Assembly: GCA_965235115.1 (NCBI GenBank)
Contig: OZ249436.1
Span: forward strand, 29,328,001-29,392,000
Direction: 5' to 3'
Length of the DNA stretch: 64,000 nt
Origin: Laetmonice hystrix
Taxonomy: Eukaryota
The notes under the pieces were generated by a model that saw only the letters and a list, made by a program, of their open reading frames with translations, was not told the origin of the DNA and made no database searches. Below, piece after piece: positions 37,076 through 49,515 of the stretch (position 1 is the stretch's first letter; each line of letters begins with the position of its first letter). The position numbers were made by a program, and so were the translations under genes.

Positions 37076-37785
37076 AAACCCCTGCCTACATAAGCATTAC
37101 TGACCACATCCACGAGGAGACCCTGGCCTATATAAGCATTAGTGACCACATCCACGAGGCCCTTGCCTATATAAGCATTGCTGACCACATCCACGAGGAG
37201 ACCCTGGCCTATATAAGCATTACTGACCACATCCACGAGGAGACCCTTGCCCATTAGTGACCACATCCACGAGGAGACCCTTGCCCATTAGTGACCACAT
37301 CCACGAGGAGACCCTTGCCCATTACTGACCACATCCACGAGGAGACCCTTGCCCATTAGTGACCACATCCACGAGGAGACCCTTGCCCATTAGTGACCAC
37401 ATCCACGAGGACACCCTTGCCCATTAGTGACCACATCCACGAGGAGACCCTTGCCCATTACTGACCACATCCACGAGGACACCCTTGCCCATTAGTGACC
37501 ACATCCACGAGGAGACCCTTGCCCATTAGTGACCACATCCACGAGGACACCCTTGCCCATTAGTGACCACATCCACGAGGACACCCTTGCCCATTAGTGA
37601 CCACATCCACGAGGACACCCTTGCCCATTAGTGACCACATCCACGAGGACACCCTTGCCCATTAGTGACCACATCCACGAGGACACCCTTGCCCATTAGT
37701 GACCACATCCACGAGGACACCCTTGCCCATTAGTGACCACATCCACGAGGACACCCTTGCCCATTACTGACCACATCCACGAGGC
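37076..37785. repeat. Minisatellite, ~34-bp unit (longer variants at 5' end)
   Basis: Unit gaccacatccacgagga(g/c)acccttgcccatta(g/c)t repeated ~20 times with no unique spacers. Confidence 0.95.
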
Positions 37786-39477
37786 GCCCCTGGTAACGTT
37801 TCAGTAATACTTTTTCCTGACTTGGCCCTCACTAATGAACAACTTTTGGTCCGTTCAGTTCAGGTTTCGCATTATCCGGCCAGGGTTCCCAAGGTTGCCG
37901 CAAGATGGCCATAAGTTTCGACTACACTGATTCCATTTATCACCAGATGGTTCTGCGGTAATGCAAAGGCGCCTCAGGCTACTATGGAATATCATTCTAC
38001 AGGCCCATAGGCTGGTCTGAAAATGGGTAGGTTACTTATAGCGAAATGAATTCCATAAATTTGCAGGGGGCGGATTCAGAGCTGTTTCTTGACCACTGAT
38101 ATTGAAACTGGTTTCCAGTACCAGTGGTGCCAATGTTTGAGAATGTGAAATGCAGCGGCAAAGCCACTGTAGGGAGCGCCATAGGCAAGAAGCATTTGTA
38201 GGGCACTCCGGCAGCCAAGACATCATCTCTCATTTTTCAGGAGACAAGACTAACTTTCACACGCAACGTACATAGACTACTATTGCTTCAAATACAATAA
38301 TAGTTCCTATTAACCATACTTTGGCATGGCAAATTCAAAAATGACCTCTAGAAGGCTCTAAAACGTCCCTGGAACATTTTAACTGGCCGCAGCGGGCTTC
38401 ATTATATGGCCTTGACAACCAGTAAACGTTCTTATTTAGCGCCATGAAATGGGGACCCCTAAAGTGCACTAGTTCCGACATTTTTCTTATGAATGTCACT
38501 GCTACCTTCTTCAGTGTGCACAAATATGCTTGTACTGGCCAGAGAATGATTTAAAGCGCTAAATACATCTGTTTTACATAATATTAGGTCATTATTGCAA
38601 TGTTTGTATGCATATCTGGTATTGTAATTCGCTACTAGAATTTTCGCATAGTATTCGTCATACGTACGTTCGCTCATAGAAAAGTGAACACTCAGTCTTC
38701 ACTGTTTAAGGGGCATCGAAGTATTTCTATATCAAAACCATGTAATATGACTACTTCCATCTGTAGATAAATTGTTGTGAAATGTAGACTTCCCATTTGA
38801 GTATCTTCTCCAAATTTTAACAGTAGATGCCCTCGGCTATACCTTTCATTTCCACCACTTGCACCCTCCCCCCCCCGATCAAGATGTATTTTTCTGGCTT
38901 AGCATTGAAGAATCCTATTTCTCCGCGAAGCGCCGCAGGTACCCGGCGGCCCGGCCAGGTATTCCATGGGAAACCGGAAGGTGGCAGTGCAGTCGGAGGC
39001 GAAGCGCCAGAGGTGCCTGGCAGCCCGGCTTGGTATACGTGGTGATTCAATCGGAAGCCGGAAGGTAGCACTGCAATCGGAAGCGCCATTTTACTACAGC
39101 ACCGGGGTGTTTGCCTGTAACATCTCTGTAACCATTCGGGATTCCCTCGGGCAGATGACGTCATTTCTGCATATACCCTCGGCATTCGGGATTGCCTCAG
39201 CCATATCTTCGAAAGTAGCCTCGGGTGAAATAGGCGCCATTTTGAGCATTGCATCGCGGGTACATTTAGCCGGTACTCTCGACAGCATCTAAAATAGGCC
39301 TACAGTGCTTTCCCCGAAGTCAGTTGGCAATATTACGATAGTATCATGTTCATGATAACACTTTAATTACAAGTAGTCCTACCATGTGTCGTGCAGTTGT
39401 CGTTCATGGGCGCGGCCATAGTGCTTCCCATAATTTGATAAATTACCGTATTGACGCCCATTTAGGTAAATTAGGTG

Positions 39478-39927
39478 ATTCATTTTTCTTCTTCTGACGT
39501 TCCCCTTCATACCAGAAATTTATATTTGCACATACAACGCCGAAGGAGCCGGTGTTAATAATGCACTACTTTCTGGCTCGATGGGATAGGACGCTTTTCA
39601 GTGCCTCGCTACACACCTCCATTTGGCCATGTATCCGGTTGCCAAACATGGCCACTAATCCACCCGAGGGTATATTCGAATGGCAGGAAGTGACATCATA
39701 TGCCCGAGGGAATCCCGAATGATACCCTCGGGTGAAATGGGCGTCATTGGCAACCAGATAGGCTACATGGCGAAATCGACCTGTGTAGCGAGACACTGAG
39801 TGAACCGTTATATCCCATCGAGACAGGAAGTAGGCCCTAGTGCATTATTGGCACCTGCTCCTTGGGCGTTGTATGTGCAAATATAAATTCCTGGTATGAA
39901 GGGGAACGTTTGAAGAAGAAACATGAA
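39478..39927. mobile_element. MITE-like element with ~90-bp inverted arms
   Basis: ttcttctgacgttccccttcataccagaaatttatatttgcacatacaacgcc... is mirrored by ...ggcgttgtatgtgcaaatataaattcctggtatgaaggggaacgtttgaagaagaa. Confidence 0.7.
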
Positions 39928-40385
39928 CTAGACACGTTGTGGCGATACCACAATGGATCCCATCCCGTGCGAGTCAAGCATGACTTGTTCAGAGTAGGAT
40001 AAACTATGGCTTAATCTTGCAAGTTAATGACTTATAAGCTTTAGTCGATGCCAATGACGTTGTTGCGGACCTAGTGGTGCGTTGTCCCGCGCGCCGCTCG
40101 AACCAGTCCCACTTCTGACACGTTTAACTCCAATTTCAGGACCTCCTCTATAGGTACCCAATCGGTACCGGCAGGTGGCCTATATTGGTCATAATTTTGA
40201 ACCATGTACAATTGCCTATTTTCAAACTTTCAGTAACTCAAGGTCAAATAAAATGAAACGAAATGCATAAATATGTGTGTAAATCGACATGCGGAAGTGG
40301 CAGGTCTGTCAGTCTGCTCGTTTCAGCAGCAAAAGCACGTGAGTTTGTGCCGAACGAACATATATGGTATGGAAGCTCATAACGT

Positions 40386-40730
40386 ACGTCACGTTAAATA
40401 GGCCTATCACGTAACTACGGTCCATCCTGTATCGTACAGACTTCTATCTGGGCCAAAATGATCCTGTAATAAAATCAATATGTTGTATGTGTACAGAAAT
40501 AGCAGATTTGCCATGCTTGGCCGTGGGGGACAAAAATCAAGAATGCATCTCACCAAAAACGGCCGGCCAGCCGGCCGATCATTTAGGCATTTCACCGTTA
40601 TGATTGGCCGTAAAATCAAAAATCGCGAACACATTATTTTATGTTTTCGGTGAGATGCATTCTTGGTTTTTGTCCACCACGGCCAACCATAGCAAATCGG
40701 CCGGCCGGCCAGCGTCCTTTAACGTGACGT
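40386..40730. mobile_element. MITE-like element
   Basis: acgtcacgttaaa / tttaacgtgacgt termini; internal inverted block ~40503-40560 versus ~40643-40700. Confidence 0.55.
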
Positions 40731-42181
40731 CAGAATGATATGATCGACCAAAAATAGATCTTGCGCGCGTTCTTGCTTACATCCGATTGGTGCTTGGGAT
40801 CTCGCCTGCCAAACAAATCTATTCAGTACGACATTTGGAGGATCTGACCGGCGAGACGACCATGCTGGCATTGGATGGAAGTTTGACCAAAACAAATTCT
40901 AAACCATTACACTCCATGTAACCTACAACGTTCGCCAACGTCAGGTAGACTGTCACGTCTGTAAGTGTGTGCCACAGTGCTGTTGTGCAACAGACAGGGG
41001 CTACTCTTCGGTGTTCTGATGAGAGTTTGCGCCGATCCGGGTCCAGTCGTAGTCTGACAATTCATGCTGCCGGTAAAGCTGTTAGTATCTTGCAGTCAAC
41101 AATCAAACTGTTCTTTCAGCCCTCGGGCAAAGTACGGGACTGTAGGGTCACAACAGGGGGTCGCCTGGGTCAAAGAACCATTCAGAGGCCTCACCGGTGG
41201 GCGATCATGCTTTGCCTCAGACGCCAGATCTTTGGGCTTTAGGATGCAGTAGTCCGGTCGACAAAGACAGTGTCTGCCTTTCTGTTTCTGTATTCGTTGT
41301 GATTGATGTTACCAAACCCTGACCAACATGCCGACTGTAGTGATCAAGGTATCTGGCCATGTTGCCGACGATCCTTGACCTCTGAGGTTCAAATCTAATT
41401 GCACCTCATTGAGACAGAGTTTGTCAGTTACTTGCTGCAGTCTCCTTCTTTGCATGAAATGCTGCTCTCAATAGAACGGAATTGTCATTGTTGAGGCATT
41501 AAAAATAATGGATTAACAAGCTTGAATATTCTCATGTTTTAATTCCTCTATTATTTCTGTCTTCCCATTTTATGACTCAGCTTCACCAAGAGGATCCACA
41601 CAGGCGTCCACATGGAAGAGCACGAGAGCCAACTAAGTAGACTTGAAGGCAGCAACATCGTCCTGAATGAAACCTGCACGGATATAATGCTGATATGAAT
41701 GGTATAGGAATGCCATGTCCTTGCCCTTTTGCTCGAGTACCAGATCCTATGTGGCCGCCTGTCTTCCCGCCTTTCTTCCAAGATACCTTCGGATCTCCGT
41801 GCAATTCGATCTATCTACTTAAGGGTACCTTATGGTTTGCCTTGCTTGCCTGTCTGCCTGCTTGCTTGCCTGCCTGCCAGCCTGCCTGCTTGCTTGCCTG
41901 CCTACCTGCCTGCACAGTACGTGTCACCTACTGCAAGCCGAAATAGTAGTCGCGATCAATAAAACAAAGTTCAACTCCATGGATTCCGCCACGCACCCTC
42001 AGATTTGATATGGATGGGTGTCATATTGGGTGTGATATATTCCTACACAGCGAGTCAAGCCGACCAGCTCGGCCGTTAAACAATATTATAAACAATATTA
42101 ACATAAAGCAAGCCTCGTATTCGACCAGTCGATTATTGAGGGGACACTTACTGGCCCGACTTCGCCGTTATTACGATGGAA

Positions 42182-43443
42182 ACTACGGAAGCGTATTGCT
42201 GCCACATGAAGAAAAAAAAAATTGTTTGTACGACTTAGTAAGTCGTACGTACGACTTAGTAAGTCGTACGTACGACTTAGTAAGTCGTACGTACGACTTA
42301 GTATCTCGTACGTACGACTTAGTAAGTCGTACGTACGACTTAGTATCTCGTACGTACGACTTACTAAGTCGTACGTACGACTTAGTATCTCGTACGTACG
42401 ACTTAAGAACGCATGCGCACGTCACTCGCACTGCTCATCAACATGGCAGCGAATGAGGCAGTCTGCCTTCATTTTACAATGGTCCTCAATAGCACGCTGA
42501 CATTTTAGAATGTCTTGCCCATATCAATGGAATTGTTATCAGTTTGAGAACATTGCAGACATGTTCACGCACCGCCCAGTACTGGCAGATACGTTGCAAG
42601 TGTCTGTTCATCCATGAAGGGAATTGTTTAAGCATTAACCTGAAACATATGCAAAATATAAATAAGAATACTGTCAGCCCTGACCAAGAGAGGGAGGGCG
42701 CGAGGAAGGGAGGGGGACAGAGGGGGAGCGCAAAAGATATTTATAAAAAATATACAGAGACTAGAGAGAGGGGGAGAGCGGAGAGAATTAGAGATGGAGA
42801 GAGTAGAGCGAGGGAAATAGAGACAGAGAGGGGGTGAGGGGCACGCTCATGGGAGCGAGGGAGTGAGATTGGAGTGAAAGAGAAATAGAGATGGAGAGAG
42901 AGGGGAGAGAGGGAGGGTGTAGAGTGAGAGCGAGAGGGGTAGGGTGAGAGAGGGAGGGGGTACAGTGAGAGAGTGAGGGAGGGAGTGTCTAGCGAGAGGG
43001 AGGGAGGGTGTAGAGGGAGAAAGGGGAGGAGAGAGAGGGAGGTAGAGGGGGAGAGGGAGGGGGTAGAGTGAGTGAGGGATGGAGGGAACAGAGTGGGGGA
43101 GGGAGGGAGGGAGAGGGAGGGAGGGAGGGGACAGGCAGTAGTGGGAGAATGATGGAGGAGGGTGAAGCTAATATAGCAAATAGAGACTCGACAGGGACTG
43201 AATGAATGAAAGAAAGAACGACTGAAAGAATGAATGGAAAAAGAAAGAATGAACGATTGAATGAAAGAAAGAATAATGAAAGAATGAATGAACGAAACAA
43301 AGAATAAATGAAAGAATGGGAAAGAATGAAAAACGAAAAAAAAGACTGTAGTGAATGAAAGAAAGAATAAAAGAAGACATGAAAGAAGACTGAACGAATG
43401 AAAAAAATAACAAATGAATGAAAGAAACAATAATGAATGTATG

Positions 43444-43537
<94 letters not shown>

Positions 43538-43995
43538 GGTAGGAGGAAAGGAAGGAAGGAAGGAAGGAAGAAAGGAAGAATGGAAGAAAGAATGGAAGAT
43601 TGGAAAAAAAGGAAAGAAGGAATTATAAAGAAGGAAAGAAGGAAAAGAAGGAAAGAAAGAAAGATAGACGTCTAGGCTGAGTCATAACTCTGGTCCCGGC
43701 TCACTCTGAACCAACCTCTGCACACCTAGACCTCTCTACAGGTCTATGACTATATGGCCCATTGTGGGCACACCAACGGGCCCAGTCTACTCTGTCTCGG
43801 GCCGCCTCAGCACAGTCGGCCCCCTCGGACTTACTAAGTCGTACGTACGACTTAGTAAGTCGTACGTACGAGATACTAAGTCGTACGTACGACTTAGTAA
43901 GTCGTACGTACGAGATCTAAGTCGTACGTACGACTTACTAAGTCGTACAAAGAATAATTATTTTTCTTCATGTGGCAGCAATACGCTTCCGTAGT
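42182..43995. mobile_element. Foldback-type non-autonomous element with palindromic 21-bp subterminal repeats and a purine-rich/microsatellite core
   Basis: TIR actacggaagcgtattgctgccacatgaagaaaaa / tttttcttcatgtggcagcaatacgcttccgtagt; arrays of gtacgacttagtaagtcgtac at both ends; (GA)n and GGAA tracts inside. Confidence 0.8.
43446..43530. repeat. (GA)n microsatellite
   Basis: Direct reading of the sequence. Confidence 0.95.
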
Positions 43996-45038
43996 AATCG
44001 ACTTTATGAAGTCAAAATTCGGAGAGGAGGCTGGTATTGTAGGTTACATTTTATTTGTAGTGTAACCCGTCGATTCCCTATAAGAGGACTCTATACAAAA
44101 ATAAAACCCGTAGATCCCTTATGACGTTGAATAATGAATTACATCAGATGATAACACTATACTCCTTCATAAGTCGTTATAAAGTTATGTCAAAACTCAG
44201 GAGTCTGATAGAATACTGATTAGCCCTATTAGATGGAGACAACATGGGCCACAAAGAAACAACTCGGAATGCCCTCCCAAAGGAACCCAATCCCCCCCCC
44301 CCCAAAAAAAAAACGGGCAGAAACACTGACCCGAGTAACCCTCCCCTTTACCCTACCCAGCTCGGAAACCCCAGCGAATGTGTACGGAGGCGTCGTGGTG
44401 ATGAAATCGGTGAAATATCGCAATGTATCAAGACTACAACGTGAGGTTGCAGATCGAATCTGTGTAGCGATGACGTAGTCGTCACTGATTAAATCACCAA
44501 AAGATTGTTTCGCCCATGCTCCAGTTTTTAAGGACGTCAGGATGGTCGTGGTCATCATTGATTGGGCCACTAACTAGATGTCGTTTGAGTATAGGATTAA
44601 TGATTCTGTCACTCAACAAATTTCCCCAGGTTAATTGAGACCCTAATCATACCAAAAGCAATGGTGATGAAATCGGTGAAACATCGCATGGTATTAAGAC
44701 TACAACGTGACGTTGCAGATCGAATCTGTGTATCGGTGGCCGCAGTCATCATTGATTGAATCACTAACGAAATGTTCCGTATCCTACATGCTGACCTGAG
44801 TCAGCCAAAATATCATCCCTGCCAGTCAAAATTTCAATGCGCACTGCAATTCTGATTCTAAGCCGCTTTGATATCTTCCCAAGTCCCTGAAATACACGCT
44901 GCATGCAGAGCCATCTGCCGAGAAATGGTGGAAGCGCCACCTCTTATAATTTTGATATGACTTGAAATGGCTGGGAGATTTCCCTTCACCTACGACAAAT
45001 CCAGCGCCATCTTGTGAGAAAGGTGGAAACTAATGCAT

Positions 45039-45617
45039 TGGAGCCCGCTGAAGAAAGCCGGATGTGACATCATCAATGACGTCAGGTGAGATACTACCTT
45101 TAAATTCAAGGTACGTTTTAATTAAAGCAAATCTCAGTCGACTGAAATAAATTCAACTGGCTATATCTTAAAAGATATTGATCATTTTCCCCCGAAAACC
45201 AAATGTGATACCCATTGATACAAAAGGTAAAGATATGACCACAAAGTGTCGAGCAGGATTCAGTTTAAAAAATTGATTTTCAAAAATGACCTGAATTTTC
45301 GACTTCTCAGCTCCTTTCGAGCACAAGGCCTTTCGTTCCACTGTTTCACGATAGGTGGCGCTGCATTTTGCCGATAATGGGCCGTGAACCTTACACACCC
45401 TCCCAGAAACTTTCTCGACACTTTGTGGTCATATGTATCAACGGGTATCACATTTGGTTTTCGGGGAAAAATGATCAATATATTTTAAGATATAGCCAGT
45501 TGAATTTATTTCAGTCGACTGAGATTTGCTTTAATTAAAACGTACCTTGAATTTAAAGGTAGTATCTCACCTGACGTCATTGATGATGTCACATCCGGCT
45601 TTCTTCAGCGGGCTCCA
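45039..45617. repeat. Long near-perfect inverted repeat (~185-210 bp arms), MITE/foldback-like
   Basis: 45039-45222 is the near-exact reverse complement of 45434-45617; inner pairing atatgaccacaaagtgtcgag / ctcgacactttgtggtcatat. Confidence 0.9.
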
Positions 45618-47119
45618 CATTCGGCTCACCTCGGGACTAGCGAAGCGACCGGAAGTTGGGCCGAGCTTTTCCGAATGCGGGCTCCCATGCAATAGTTTCC
45701 ATGTAGGCTATGTCAAAAGATGGCGCTGTATTTTTGTCAGCGCCATCTTTTGAGATAGGTGGAAACTCAGTATTGCACTGGAGGCCGCTGAAGTAAGCCG
45801 CATCCGTAACATGTGTTACATCACGACACATCCTTACACTTATGTTTCCTTTAGTTTAAAATTACGATGTGGTCTGACAGCCCCCAACACATGGCGGATC
45901 CGATCCGGTCATCACGACGCTGTCTTTCTGAGGAAAAATCTTGTGTTGTGGACCACTGTATATCCTAGGCCTATCACTGATTGGCGTTATTAACCAACAT
46001 TTTATTTTTTTTTAATTTAACACTCTTGTCTGTGCCATATAGATATATGTATACTAGATTAACATGTGCACAACTTACGGTCAATGTTTAATTTTTAAAT
46101 AAAACCAAAAGAAGCCTTTATATTTCATTAATACTCAATTTTTTGCGCCTTTTTAAACATTTTGTGCAGATCATTCCAACACTTACCGCTTTCCCCGATC
46201 CCGCCCAATCGACAGCTTGGCTTCAGACACTAGGGCGCCGCCTGATGAGATTAGCCGACAGGAAGTGGACACTTTGAAAATCATACACACAAAAAGGACA
46301 AACGCCATACGTACTTCTCTTACATGTTTATTGATTTCTTCAGATACTACAGCGTCTCTGCGGGTTTGGTCACAAGGAATTCTGGTGTGTTGGAGCACAC
46401 TACTAGTAAATATTTACGAATACGGTTTTAGACATCAGATTCAGCTAGTCAGACAATTTTCTATGTTAGCGTATCCACACCGACAGCAGGTTTAGGTTCA
46501 ACAGGTACAGCAGCAAAGCAATAACTCATCCACCTTACCAGCGCAAACGATCCATAGGTTCAGGAAGTGCAGGTTTAGTCAAGTGCACAGAAAATCCCCC
46601 GAAAACTACCAGAGATATATATAGACGCGCAGCCTTACAGTTGGGTTGTATGTGGTTTGGTTTGGGATACGAGCAGATGTAGAGTTCTCCCGTAAACGTA
46701 GTTTCTTGGCATTAGGAAGCCCGCACTTGGGCGCGCTCTTAGATCTTGTACTACGGACGAGACTTCGCTCACTCTCTGGGATTATTAGGAAACGTTTCTG
46801 ATTCGAGCAACTTTCAGACTTTCAGAGATATAGGAAAGGTGTACAACGTCATTTGCCATTGTTAATTCAACTTTTACGACAAACAGCCATTGGGACTACA
46901 TGACAACGTTGTCGGACGCTTACAGATGGTCTGTAGGGGACACAGATTAGATGGGAGTAAATGATAGACGAAACGTATGGCCTGCCTCCTGGACAATAAA
47001 GGCATGGGAACAAGAAACACTAGATACGTTGTGGTAATACCACATTCAGAGAAGCGATAACAATGGTGCTATCATGCACCCGTGACGACTTATAAGCCTT
47101 AGAAGATGCAAATTATGTC

Positions 47120-47470
47120 ATTATGACAAATGAAAGAGCACATGTAACAACCTATTAGTGTCTAATAGTAACTATGGCTCTAACTTCAACCATTTACAAG
47201 TTATAACCCTGAGAAAGTATGGTTGACATCGTTATGACGTCACAGGTCACGTGACCTGAAAGATAATGGTGCCAAATGAAAGAGCATATAGGACTTCCTA
47301 TTCGTCTTCAATAGTAACTATGGCCCTATCTGGCACTGTTTAGAAGTTGTAGCCATAGATAGCTAAACTGACCACTGTTGAAAACTTCAAGGTCACGTGA
47401 TTCAGCGAATATAGTTCAAATCGCTTATCCCTGGATGATTCTATGGAAAAAGAAGAAGAAGAAGAAGAAG

Positions 47471-47501
<31 letters not shown>

Positions 47502-48470
47502 GATTTAACCAATTTGTAAGGTGAGGTCCAGTTCTCCCAAAGGTCTAAGGTCAAATGAAGGTTCAATTTTAAGCATGACCCATGCCTGATTATAGCACCA
47601 TGATGGGTTTTAGAAATTCTCAATATGAGCTTAAAAATGGCCTCAATGTACAAATCACATTTGACGTCATGATGTCATGACGTGACGTCATGACTGATTG
47701 TATGACCTGTCTTTGTCATGGTCAAGGTGTGTATTCATGAACAATTATGGCTCTGTCTCAAATCTTTCAAGAGTTACAGTCAGGAATCTTCCAAATGACC
47801 TAACTTTAAAACTTGCAGGTCAAGTGTTTCAGCGAAAATAGGTCAAATCCTTAGAAATAATGGTGCCAAACGAAAGATCATATCACTTCCTATTTGTGTA
47901 CAATAATAGACATGGCCCTTTAACAGAAGCATCTTCGAGTTATAGCCATAGATACCTAAACAGGGCACTGTTAAAAATTTCAATGTCACGTAACTCCGCG
48001 AAAATAGGTCAAATCGCTTATTCTTGGATGATTATTGAAAAGCTCTTGTCAGAGAGTCCTTCCGCCAAATATTGTAAAGTTTTATCAAAAAATGAAGAAG
48101 AAGTAGCGATTTAACCGATTTACGACCTAGGACCCAGTTCTCCATAAGATCAAAGGTCAAAGGTCAAAGGAAGGGTCAGTCTTTGGCAAGACCCTTGCCC
48201 AGTCACCTTGCCTTGATAGATATTGTAAATTCCCAATACGAACTTTAAAAATGGCCCCCAATGTCCCCAAAATTTGACGTCATGACGTTACGTCACGTGA
48301 CGTCATGACTCATTGTCTGACCAGACTTCGTCATGGTCAAGATGCCTAGCAGGTTTGGTTGAGATATCTTGAAAACTGACTGAGATAGACATACTGTTTA
48401 CTACTACTACTACAATGCAAAGACCATACAATTTCAAGATCCCACCCCCCTGTAGGGGGATGGGATAATG
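47120..48470 (-). mobile_element. Interspersed repeat with ~600-bp tandem core, possibly Helentron-associated (HINE/DINE-1/Pearl-like)
   Basis: Diverged core repeat (ataatggtgccaaa.gaaaga at ~47263 and ~47857), (GAA)n and (TAC)n microsatellites, terminal hairpin atcccacccccctgtagggggatgggat. Confidence 0.45.
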
Positions 48471-49191
48471 AAGCATTTAATACAATTTGAAAGAATTTGT
48501 TTGAAAAACGGAGGTATGCTCTGAAATGTGTTTTTTCCCAATATGGCTGGCAAGCGGCCATGTTGGAAGCTATCACGAGGGTACTTGATCTTTGTGTTAA
48601 AATATGAAAAGGACTGCAGAAAACTAATTCGTTCTTTTACAGGAAAATTTCTGTGTGCTGTGTGATCTCCACCTAAAAAACGAAAAAACGCAACTCTTCA
48701 CTTCAAAAGCGATCAGAACTCGGGGTTGCGTGAATTTTTACATTTTGCGGTTTTACGATATGCGGTCGTATACTCCTGGCCACCTCTTGGGCCTTAAGGG
48801 AATGAATCTATAATAGCCTGGCTTGGTGTGCCCGGAAGTAGGGGTTAGATAGATGGCCGCACCCCCAACTTGAGGTGGGTATCCAGGGGGTGCGGCACGG
48901 CCATCTATCAGGTACGGTATTTAGGGGGCGTTGCATAAATTCCCGTTCGCTAAAATTGCCATTGAACGTCAATGACAATTTTACCGAGCGGGAATTTATG
49001 CAAATGCCTAACTGAGAGAAAGAAAAGAAAAGCTTTCAACGTTGAACAGATTTTTTTAAATATATTATTAAAGAACGCATATTATTATATAAGAGCATCA
49101 ACGTAATTTCCCTGCCACATTTCTTTGATTGGGACTAGGCCTACAGCATCGCAAGTTATCGACACTGGTTAATGATGATAACGATTGGTCC

Positions 49192-49515
49192 TCACTTTTC
49201 TTCATTGTGATCTCTGTCAACCTGACGATTTAAAACCGAATGTTTTTTCATGTGGAAAGTTTTAGCGCTCTTTTGGGTAAACGACGCATGACAGATGGGG
49301 CACTGGTAGGGGCGCTCTCCCGTGTGTATACGTAGGTGGCGAACTAACTCGGCAGGCACCCTGAACGTCCGCGCACAAATATGACAGCAATGTCTCTTCT
49401 TCAACGCCAGGTGTCGCTCATAATCACCGTACTCTGGTCCCTCCGTGTCGCTCTTCGGAACGGTTCTTTGTTGAAATGAATTTCCTTCAAATGAGCCGTA
49501 TTTCCAAGACTTTAT
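49192..49515 (-). CDS. Antisense-strand terminal exon, two C2H2 fingers
   Basis: Acceptor tttttctccatcttccag|ATA, phase 0; CHICARTFRVPAELVRHLRIHTGERPYQCPICHASFTQKSAKTFHMKKH. Confidence 0.85.
   Translation of the reverse strand: MKSWKYGSFEGNSFQQRTVPKSDTEGPEYGDYERHLALKKRHCCHICARTFRVPAELVRHLRIHTGERPYQCPICHASFTQKSAKTFHMKKHSVLNRQVDRDHNEEK

Noticed and set aside
37076..37785. Possible CRISPR array or coding repeat
   Set aside because: Contiguous 34-bp tandem units without spacers; a minisatellite
38817..39292. Cluster of overlapping ORFs in a GC-richer patch
   Set aside because: No domain signature; contains short internal repeats (ccggaaggt.gca.tgca.tcgga.gcg) typical of a repeat element
42010..43994. 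ORFs with SRTYDLV/KSYVRL repeats, poly-ER and F/S/L/P-rich 229-aa ORF
   Set aside because: Translations of 21-bp subterminal repeats and GA-rich microsatellites
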